Shown here: positions 55,801 through 63,200 of the stretch, piece by piece
How the letters are laid out: the number at the start of each line of letters is the position of its first letter
Numbering within the stretch: position 1 is the first letter of the stretch
Virus record (IMG/VR): IMGVR_UViG_3300025652_000002
Strand: one strand, 5' to 3'
Length of the DNA: 64,000 bases
Source: a virus
Notes under the pieces: generated by a model
Told to the model about the DNA's origin: nothing
Databases searched by the model: none
The model's input: only the letters and a program-made list of their open reading frames with translations
Position numbers and translations under genes: made by a program

Positions 55801-56273
55801 TTGCGGACTTGGTTCGGTTTGTCGGTGACTTCACTGACGCGGCGCTTCGTTTTGAGATTTCTCAAACTCAAGATGATCCTACAGGTTCACCTGTCTGGAC
55901 CCCTTACGAGACCTTCCACATTGGTAGCTATACCGCTCGTGCTCTTAGGTTCCGTTTCGTTGGAACAGCCCTCAACAATAGTACCCTGATCGCTGTACAA
56001 AACCTAGACTTGTTAGTTGAACGTGCTGCTCTCTTTAAAACAGGGCAGACGACAAGTAGCTCGTCCGGGGATGTCACAGTGACTTATACAGACCCTTTCT
56101 ATGGGGGACTAGACGGTCTCTTTACACCTAGTATCGCTCTACAAATCATCGGTGGAAGCCAAGGTGACGAAATCATCATAACCAGCAAAGACAAGGATGG
56201 CTTTACTTACTCTGTTTATAACAGTGCTAGCCGAGTTGTAAGAACCCTAGACTGGCAAGCACTAGGACAATAA
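52839..56273 (+). CDS. lambda gpJ-like host-specificity / tail tip protein with fibronectin type III-like domains
   Basis: YVLLDYLTNTVYGRGMPLSEINLESFYNAALVCD parallels lambda J NMAWCLWDMLTHPRYGMGKRLGAADVDKWALYVIGQYCD. PGDFIRIDTP vs PGDVIEICDD. FN3-like SW...Y...V..R repeats. Confidence 0.5.
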   Translation: MPFFQFVFAVAVGLYTSSKQKAALKKAQREQEAAADKRRGSEFEVKNDVISLPIAYGRTIIAGVQYDHRVSKDYNYVVPENGTYIFDSQDLIPSVVDERLDSGFSLATFFDRFALLGSIYSLLENLTEEENKTDKGGLAATVTGTKDEFLFCKRAICHAGISEVIHAVVDNKAYSHKDYKFGQRFVVYPNGGPSALLQDNGYPDSESFTNVCHAAEVFRLDREEANYSSAPQVQYLVKGQAVYSIEENVGVYTLSASKAYSNNPAYVLLDYLTNTVYGRGMPLSEINLESFYNAALVCDTVVLTAAQVAGNIWGSRPLSRYPTFADFPNPNAFGFEDILLMDDQLNVPYYWNKVSEDEDKGTVVGEFVATTLPTADIKLFECNLTLETQTSIRDNIEEILSTMGEAELTWDASGSYKLLLDYPTTQGESDALVTQTFTEDDLLRTNVETTFPNAVERYNFVTVSFKNENKNFKSDTVSWPQKGDSVYATYLAEDNGQPFETSVSPKGITDAYHALAYAEQLVRASRSLYTISVDTNRKGVLTEPGDFIRIDTPTADIASTDIFLVKEVQIGKDFNTRLIANKFDFTTLAWNIADGTAYPETDNYDFRVPPVTNLQIGVVPVVTSAGVTNLSWDFAEGSSYNFEVSYRATGGTDFLAYGTTRNNYFEVGALEGFETTTQYDFRVVVISALGTRSLASFLENVEVLSKPGSAQNLAVADEIYNTNTAAGIKSRAILSWSTGSSGTAADYYTIEYKLATDVAYTNVGVTNNLSFTFFDLKPDIYNFKVTPTSYLGLNGTSAIVAKLVQGLLADPQDPTGFSANVNEGQIQLSWDVPTDLDVLTGGRTEIRTHPDITASATWETATTLVESVAGNNNNKTIPAIRGTYFIKHIDSSNRLSVNAASAVNLFVDNTFRTVTFINEDASNFAGVKTNCNYNSLTGNLEIDAGQTSMTYDFENVLDFGEIEQFRVTPSITATVSEAGVNVADYVSIADLVRFVGDFTDAALRFEISQTQDDPTGSPVWTPYETFHIGSYTARALRFRFVGTALNNSTLIAVQNLDLLVERAALFKTGQTTSSSSGDVTVTYTDPFYGGLDGLFTPSIALQIIGGSQGDEIIITSKDKDGFTYSVYNSASRVVRTLDWQALGQ

Positions 56274-56285
56274 AAGGAAAACATT

Positions 56286-57023
56286 ATGCCAAGTAATAGT
56301 CGAGTAATCAGTGCCCTACAAGGGGGTACACCCTACACCGCTGACCTCAACCTAGCCTTAGAGGCTATAGACACCTGTCACTCAGGGGTATCAGCGCCAA
56401 CAGACGACCTAGCTAACGGTAAGCTTTGGTTGGATACAACCATTTCTGGTAGCTATCGTTTGAAAATGTATAGAGGCGGCGTTTGGTTGGAACTTTTCCA
56501 GCTAACGGGCACCACAGTAAACATGAGTATTGGTGCAATCACGGGCACAACCCTTACCTCCTCGGGTTCTGTGAACGGCGCTACGGGGGTTTTCACGACC
56601 TCTGTAGCGGCCCCTGCTCATACAGGATCAACAGTTAACGTAACTACTTCTGTAACGGCTCCTTCTGGGTCTTTTACCTCTATCTCAGGAACTACCTGTA
56701 CCTACACCACAGTAAATTCTACCTCGGATGAACGCCTAAAAAGCAATATCAGTATGATGAATAGCACAGAAGCTCTTGATAAGGTATGTTCTTTACAAGG
56801 TGTAAGTTATATCATGGAAGGTAAGCCCAACGTAGGTCTTATCGCCCAGCGCGTTGAGGAGGTTGTACCTGAAGTTGTAACGACAAACGAAGACGGGTAC
56901 AAGTCAGTGGCCTACGGAAACATTGTTGCTCTCTTAGTAGAAGCAGTCAAGGACCAACAGGATCAAATCAACGAGCTGAAATATGAAGTAAACAATCTTA
57001 AACAAGAATTGGAAAGAAAGTAA
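56286..57023 (+). CDS. tail fibre/spike protein with C-terminal intramolecular chaperone (S74-like) domain
   Basis: SDERLKSNISMMNSTEALDKVCSLQGVSYIMEGKPNVGLIAQRVEEVVPEVV...AYGNIVALLVEAVKDQQ. Confidence 0.55.
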   Translation: MPSNSRVISALQGGTPYTADLNLALEAIDTCHSGVSAPTDDLANGKLWLDTTISGSYRLKMYRGGVWLELFQLTGTTVNMSIGAITGTTLTSSGSVNGATGVFTTSVAAPAHTGSTVNVTTSVTAPSGSFTSISGTTCTYTTVNSTSDERLKSNISMMNSTEALDKVCSLQGVSYIMEGKPNVGLIAQRVEEVVPEVVTTNEDGYKSVAYGNIVALLVEAVKDQQDQINELKYEVNNLKQELERK

Positions 57024-57430
57024 TGTCAACAGCACTTATCACCCTGCTAGCCCCTATTATCTCCGACATCGTAAAGCGAGTCGCACCAGATAGGGACCAA
57101 GCAGCAAACATTGAGAGGGAAGTTAAGCTGACCCTCCTAGACAAAGAAGAAGCCCTGCAAAACATGGCAGGTAAGATCGTCCTAGCGGAGGCCCAGTCAG
57201 GGAACTGGCTAACCGCCTCTTGGCGTCCTCTCCTCATGCTCACAGTTGTGGCAATTATTGCCTGTAACTACCTACTCTTCCCCATTATCGGTATTTTCTA
57301 CCCCGCTATGATCACCCTAGCCTTACCTGCTGAACTTTGGAATCTCCTCACTATTGGTGTTGGTGGTTACGTCGTAGGACGCTCAGGTGAGAAGATGGTA
57401 AATTCCTACACACAAGGGGGCCAGAAATGA
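57023..57430 (+). CDS. putative holin
   Basis: Two TM helices. Immediately upstream of the endolysin. ATGA overlaps. Confidence 0.45.
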   Translation: MSTALITLLAPIISDIVKRVAPDRDQAANIEREVKLTLLDKEEALQNMAGKIVLAEAQSGNWLTASWRPLLMLTVVAIIACNYLLFPIIGIFYPAMITLALPAELWNLLTIGVGGYVVGRSGEKMVNSYTQGGQK

Positions 57431-57969
57431 TGGAGTTTTCTAGACTAAAGCTAACTTCCTTATTTCCGAGCCGTGAACCTGACGTACAAAAGGAGCCTAC
57501 AAGTGGTTTCAAGTTCGGCAAGCGTTCACGGCGTGAAATGAAAGGAGTTCACCCAACCCTCATCGCGGTTACAACACGAGCCTTAGAAATCAGTGACGTG
57601 GACTTCGGAGTGACTGCAGGTCTTCGTACTCTTGAAGAGCAGAAACGACTCGTAGCCCTCGGACGCAGCCAGACAATGAAGTCTAAGCACCTTCCTCAAG
57701 AGGATGGGTGGAGCCATGCAATCGACCTACTTGCCTACGACAACGGCAAGGTTACGTGGGAGATCAGCATGTATGCTGCTATTGCTGACGCCATGAAACA
57801 AGCTTGTATCGAACAGAACGTGAGTGCTCGCTGGGGTGCCGCTTGGCATCAACAGACAATTGGTATGTGGAAAGGTCCTATGGAGGAGTTGATGAACCAG
57901 TATGTGGACATCCGACGCTCTCAGGGACGGACCCCGTTCATCGACGGTCCTCACTTCGAACTTACCTAA
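57427..57969 (+). CDS. endolysin, peptidase M15 (L-Ala-D-Glu peptidase / VanY-like)
   Basis: GLRTLEEQKRLVALGRS...SKHLPQEDGWSHAIDL matches the M15_3 Zn-binding H/D/H arrangement. Confidence 0.7.
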   Translation: MMEFSRLKLTSLFPSREPDVQKEPTSGFKFGKRSRREMKGVHPTLIAVTTRALEISDVDFGVTAGLRTLEEQKRLVALGRSQTMKSKHLPQEDGWSHAIDLLAYDNGKVTWEISMYAAIADAMKQACIEQNVSARWGAAWHQQTIGMWKGPMEELMNQYVDIRRSQGRTPFIDGPHFELT

Positions 57970-57982
57970 AAAGAGATCAGAA

Positions 57983-58041
57983 AGCCATGAAAATGTTGAT
58001 TTTGGAGATATAGCTTTTCCTTATAGTTTTCATGGCCTTTT
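57983..58041. terminator. terminator-like long hairpin
   Basis: agccatgaaaa ... ttttcatggc 10-11-bp stem followed by cttttg, directly after the endolysin gene. Confidence 0.4.
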
Positions 58042-58049
58042 GACAAACC

Positions 58050-58079
58050 AAAAATACTGCCGCCTAATGAAGAAGGGGG
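58050..58079 (+). promoter_or_regulatory. candidate phage-RNAP promoter AAAAATACTGCCGCCTAATGAAGAAGGGGG (late-type variant)
   Basis: Fourth copy of the motif. Upstream of the portal gene. Confidence 0.5.
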
Positions 58080-58179
58080 TACCCCTTAATAAGGTCCCTT
58101 CAAGTGATTTTAGAGGACCCGAAATGAGAATTGACTACTATGAGTCGATCAAACAACAACCATTTATAAGGAGACTTAG

Positions 58180-59751
58180 ATGGCTAAACTAACGAAGTCA
58201 CCAAAGGCCCTAAAAAGGTCCGTGGCAGACCCAACAGATAGTTATATCGCTATCAAGCCTCTTTGGAAACGAGCACGAGCAGTCCTTCAAGGTCAGGCTA
58301 TGGCTAAAGCCCACGATGTTTATGTTTCCGATTTTGAAACAAACCTACTGATTCCCTTCTCTAACAACATGAGCGATGCACAGTATTCCTTTTATAAGGC
58401 TGAGGCAGAACTTCCGGGGCTTACAGCACAATATTCTAAGGTTCTTATCAACGCGCTTCTACGAAAACGCTCTGTCCTAGAACTACCTGAGTCTATCCCA
58501 GCTGATGCTAAGGAGTGGATTGAGAGCGACTTCACCATTGAAGGTCAGTCACTTTTCAACTTCCTAGACAACGCTTTGTGGGAAGAACTACAAACCTCCC
58601 GCGCTTGGGTCTACGTGGACTATCCCTCTATTACAGAGGAAGACTGGACCGCTATGGATGCCGATCAACGGAAAGCCGTTGCCCCTTACCCCATCTTGGT
58701 TAAGGCTGAAAGCATTATTAACGTTCAAACAAACCTCCACCCTATTACCCGAACTAAAACTGTTACACGGTTCATTACACGGTATCTGACGGAGAAGTTT
58801 ACTGAAGCAAACCCTTGGCACGCAGAACACGTTGACACTGTGGTTGACCACTACCTTGACGAGTCCGGTTACCTAGTAATCAACTACTATGAAAGCCCAG
58901 ACTCAGCTAACACCATCACTATCACAAACGGGGAAGTTGCCCAAGAGTATAATGATACTGCCCAAGATTCAAACTTTGTTCTTGTAAATACGATTCGTCC
59001 AACAATGGCTGGGGAACCTATTAAACGTATTCCTGCTTGGCCCTTGAATGGTCAAATTGAACCAATGGAGCCTATTCTTATGCCCTTGGTTGATCGTGAG
59101 ATTGCTCTGTATAACAAGATTTCTCGTCGTAACCACCTGCTATACGGTGCCGCAACCTACACACCTATTGTCAAGTCTGACATGGGAGACGATGAGTTCC
59201 AAGAACTTGTTAACTCCGGTCTAGGTTCTTGGCTTCGTGTTCGTGTGGGCGAAGACATTACTGTTCTTGAAACTCCCACCGCAGCCCTCGCTGACATGGA
59301 TCGTGCTATCGAAGCCACCATTGAAGAAATGGCTAAAATGGGTATTCGTATGCTCACACCGGAGCCAGCTGCTTCAGGTGTCGCCCTAGAGATTCGAAAC
59401 GCTTCTCAGACAGCTCAGCTAGGAGCCTTGAATACTAAGGTGTCTAGTACCATGCAAGAGGTTATCGCCTTCATGGTTGACTGGCGTTATGGTATTGAGA
59501 TTGACAGCAGCGAGATTAGCTTCGAAATGTCTTCTGACTTCTCACCTATGGTTGGTGGAGAGGGGGCTATGCGCCTTGTTGGAGAATGGTACCAAACTGG
59601 TCTTATTCCACGGTCTGTTTTTGTCAACATCGCTAAGTACAACGACTTCTTACCCTCAGACTATGATGATGATAATGCAATTCAAGAAATCCAGACTGAT
59701 CCTTTAGCAGCGCAGGTTGCAGGGAACCAAGAGGTAGACCTCGAAGAGTAA
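58180..59751 (+). CDS. portal (head-to-tail connector) protein
   Basis: 523 aa. Size and loose similarity to T7 gp8. Followed by a MuF-domain gene, the canonical portal-MuF order. Confidence 0.5.
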   Translation: MAKLTKSPKALKRSVADPTDSYIAIKPLWKRARAVLQGQAMAKAHDVYVSDFETNLLIPFSNNMSDAQYSFYKAEAELPGLTAQYSKVLINALLRKRSVLELPESIPADAKEWIESDFTIEGQSLFNFLDNALWEELQTSRAWVYVDYPSITEEDWTAMDADQRKAVAPYPILVKAESIINVQTNLHPITRTKTVTRFITRYLTEKFTEANPWHAEHVDTVVDHYLDESGYLVINYYESPDSANTITITNGEVAQEYNDTAQDSNFVLVNTIRPTMAGEPIKRIPAWPLNGQIEPMEPILMPLVDREIALYNKISRRNHLLYGAATYTPIVKSDMGDDEFQELVNSGLGSWLRVRVGEDITVLETPTAALADMDRAIEATIEEMAKMGIRMLTPEPAASGVALEIRNASQTAQLGALNTKVSSTMQEVIAFMVDWRYGIEIDSSEISFEMSSDFSPMVGGEGAMRLVGEWYQTGLIPRSVFVNIAKYNDFLPSDYDDDNAIQEIQTDPLAAQVAGNQEVDLEE

Positions 59752-59896
59752 ACTAATACAAACTGTACGCATGGTTTGTTAACAACCTTGGCTAGCTAGG
59801 TCGGTATAAAAAACAACAGCAATTGGGACTAGCCTTCGGGACCTCCCTTTAAGACCTCACGGCAGCGGTATCTTTCCGTGTCAGGGGGCAACTTCT

Positions 59897-59968
59897 TCCT
59901 CCCTAGCTTAGCGGTAAAGCACCCGACTGTTAATCGGACGAGGCTTGGTTCGAGTCCAAGGGGAGGAG
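59897..59968 (+). tRNA. tRNA-Asn (GTT), CCA encoded
   Basis: Manual cloverleaf. Acceptor tcctccc/gggagga. Anticodon loop ctGTTaa. T-loop ttcgagt. Confidence 0.65.
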
Positions 59969-59973
59969 CCAAT

Positions 59974-60046
59974 CTTGGTGTAGCTCAGAGGGTAGAGTGG
60001 CTGCTTTGGAAGCAGAGAGTCGGAGGTTCGAGTCCTCCTACCGAGA
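59974..60046 (+). tRNA. tRNA-Pro (TGG), CCA encoded
   Basis: Manual cloverleaf. Anticodon loop ttTGGaa. T arm ggagg-ttcgagt-cctcc. Acceptor stem has two G-U pairs. Confidence 0.55.
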
Positions 60047-60051
60047 CCAAG

Positions 60052-60124
60052 GCCGTTGTAACTCAGTTGGTAGAGTGCCTGACTTGTAATCAGGATGTCC
60101 GGAGTTCGATCCTTCGCGGCGGCA
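60052..60124 (+). tRNA. tRNA-Thr (TGT), CCA encoded
   Basis: Manual cloverleaf. Anticodon stem cctga/tcagg with loop ctTGTaa. T-loop ttcgatc. Confidence 0.6.
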
Positions 60125-60130
60125 CCATAC

Positions 60131-60201
60131 AGGGGTATAGCTTAGTGGTAAAGCAGGGGTCTCCAAAACCCCGTACGGGAGTTCGATTCTCCCTACTTTT
60201 G
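60131..60201 (+). tRNA. tRNA-Trp (CCA), CCA encoded; G-U-rich acceptor stem
   Basis: Starts AGGGGTA like bacterial tRNA-Trp. Anticodon stem ggggt/acccc with loop ctCCAaa. T arm gggag-ttcgatt-ctccc. Acceptor 3' strand tactttt gives three G-U pairs. Confidence 0.45.
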
Positions 60202-60238
60202 CCAACAACCAGTCACTTACTACTCAGGAGAGTACAAG

Positions 60239-63200
60239 ATGAACGCTAATGATAAACTGTTTGATCGTATTGTTGACAATATGACAGACGTAAGACTCTA
60301 TGAAAATGGAGTGCAAGTTGAGAACGGGCGGATACTAAACCGTCACAGAAAGCGCCTTAGGTCGTTACTTTCTCAGAACATCAAAGCTGATGTGAAACCA
60401 GAGATTACTCGCTTTGGTAAGGAACTCCTTACTAACACTGAACGTAGTGTTCGAGAGTTTTCCACCTCACAGTTAGACTTTCATTCTGACAACCTTCATA
60501 AAGAAGTTACACGCTTCTATAGGGTTCAACGACCAAGGACTAAAGAACTCCTTGCAGAAATTACAGGACCTAGCATCAAAGGCCCTTCAACCCTCTCTCG
60601 GAACTTATCAAACATTTCTTCCGGAGAACTCGTAAGAATTCAAACAAAGGTCAGTCTCGGACTAGCTGAAGGTCTTTCTCAACAAAAGATCATCAACAAC
60701 GTCTTGAAGACTACCCGTCTAACAGAAATTCAGGCTAAGACCCTGACACGTACTTCTATTACCTCTACCCAGACAGCAGCCTTAAACAAGGTCATGGAGA
60801 ACAACGCCGACATTCTCGATGGTTACATGTTCACTGCTATTCTCGACTCAAGAACTAGTGCAATCTGTAGCTTCCACAACGGTAAAGTCTACAAGATTGA
60901 CGACATGTCCTATCGGCCTCCGCTGCACTGGAACTGTCGTTCTTCTATGGTTCCTGTCCTTAAGTCTAAGGAACAGTTAGCTGAAACGGAGTCGGCTCGT
61001 CTTAAAAGGAAAGAGGTAGCTAAGCTTGACGAAGGTCTTTTCAACGGAAAGCCCGCTCAAATCATGAACTTTGGGAACTGGCTACGACGTCAGACCTCAG
61101 ACATCCAAGAGAAACTCCTTGGCAGTGAAGACGCTGTTTCAATGTTTCGACAAGGAAAGCTTAAAGCAGAAGAATTCATTTCTCCTGTTGGCAAGGCCCT
61201 GAGTATTCAGGCACTCCGCCGCAGAGCCGCAGCTGCCACCGCTGTATTCCACCCTCGTCAGAGAAACGTGGTGTCTTCTATTGACATTCCTGCCCAAAGA
61301 CCTTCTACCCTTATTAATAACCCTGCCCATAAAGCGAGTTTACGCAACCTCTTTATTGATGATGCTGATAACTTCACTTCGACCTATGCCTTGACAGACT
61401 TCAAAGGTACGTCCTTGGTGGGTAAACAGGCCTCTCGTAGACGCGTGGGCAATCAGTTTGATGAACGTAACTTCTCCTCCGATCCTTTGACCGGAGAGAT
61501 TAGGAACAACAATCTTTATGACCCCGATTTTAACCTGTACCAAGAGCGTATTGACTTTATGCGTAACTCAAAGGACCTTACACCAGATCAAAAGAACTTC
61601 ATTGAAAGCACCGTAGCTGCTCTTGACGACAAGGTTTCTGTTAATCAACAAACAGTTGCAATAGAAAACTTGAGAGTCGTCTTCCAACGGTATAACAATA
61701 ACAAGGAGCCTTGGGGTGACTTTTCTGCTGTAGTCCGTGCTGAGAACAGGTTTGCTGTTCAGAACGTATCACGTCTACTTGACACCCGTTCACGAGAACG
61801 CTCCAAAATGTTTGTCAGCTACCTTTCTAAGGACACCCCACAGGTGCAAATCTTAGGTAAGTACTACAACCTTGAGGACCTTACAAAGGGCCAACTTGCT
61901 GACCAACGCTTCATTGACGCTTGGCGGCGTACACAAGGTGCTAGTCTTGCAAGAGGTGTCTACTTCAAAGGACGTGCTCCTCTGAGAACCTACTTTAACC
62001 GCTTCCTTACAACGGAAAAGCAGATAAAGAAGTTCAAGGAGGACCTCTTAAACAAGATCATTCCTTTACGGAAAGAGTACCTTGCTTTCAAGAAACTCTT
62101 TAATCGAGACCCTACAGACCGTTGGTGGACTAAACAGTTTGCCAAGCTAAGAGAGGCTCAACGTAAGATTCTGGACTATGAGTTCCTACAGTTTGATAAG
62201 AAGCCTACTTCCAAGATCATGGATGAAGAAGCCCTTAACTCCCTTACAAAGATTTTCAAGTTAGTCGCTTCAGGCCAATCAACAGACTATGATAGTCTCG
62301 CTATCGGTATTGGTAAGAAACTAGCAGAGGATATTGGTGACCTAGTTCCGGGTATGACACATACTTTAAAGGACTACCACGCTGAAGGTTCTAAAATCCT
62401 AGAGTACATGCGTGAGCAAGGAATGATCCGTATCAACTTCCGTGGTAAGACCCGTCGAGGTGTCTATGATGTGGACACAGGCCGCGCTTCAGGTGGTTGG
62501 GGTGATACTGTGAGCCGTGAGGTTCAGGTGATAGACAAGACCCTTTTGAAGCTACAGGAAGCAGAACGTAGGACTGTCATTGCTCGTCGTTTAGGCGTTG
62601 TCAGTGAGCGCGATCGTCTTTATGTCAAGGCAGGTAAGAAAACCTTCTTTGATGCTAGGGGTAATGACAGTGGAATCCCTATTATTTCTTCCAGCAAGTT
62701 TGCTGACTATGACCCTAAGCAAATTGACCGCGAAATGGCTCAGATGATGAACCACGTAATGGATGTTGAGTACTCTGTTGATAACGAGTTCTTTGACTTC
62801 ATGGATGACCTTGTTAGGTTCCGAGACCCTCGTGGTAACTCTAAGTACTATGACAGTATCAATGAGTTTCGGCATGAGATTCTACAACGTGGAGAGCAAG
62901 GTTACGGTATGATGGCTACGGCTAAGTACCATAGACAGCGCAGTGCTAACTTCCGTACACAGGTCTTTATTGACTCCCGTGGTCGGGTTTATCACCGTGG
63001 CTACCTTACTCCTACAGGCGGTGAGCTAGTGCGTCCCTTCCTCAACTCTGGAAGAGCCGTGGCTATGAACGCTAAGGCTTACCGTGAACTACGTATTCAG
63101 ATTGGTGCCCTTATTGGCTCAGGTACAGAGATTCTTTCTCAGGCTGGGCGGATTGACACCTTTAATCGTAAGCGTAAACAGTTACTTGAACTTGGTGGTC

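Noticed and set aside
59752-59896. Palindrome ttgttaacaa and GC hairpins between portal and tRNAs as a terminator
   Set aside because: There is no T-tract. More likely these are tRNA-processing context or a weak regulatory element, with insufficient evidence either way.
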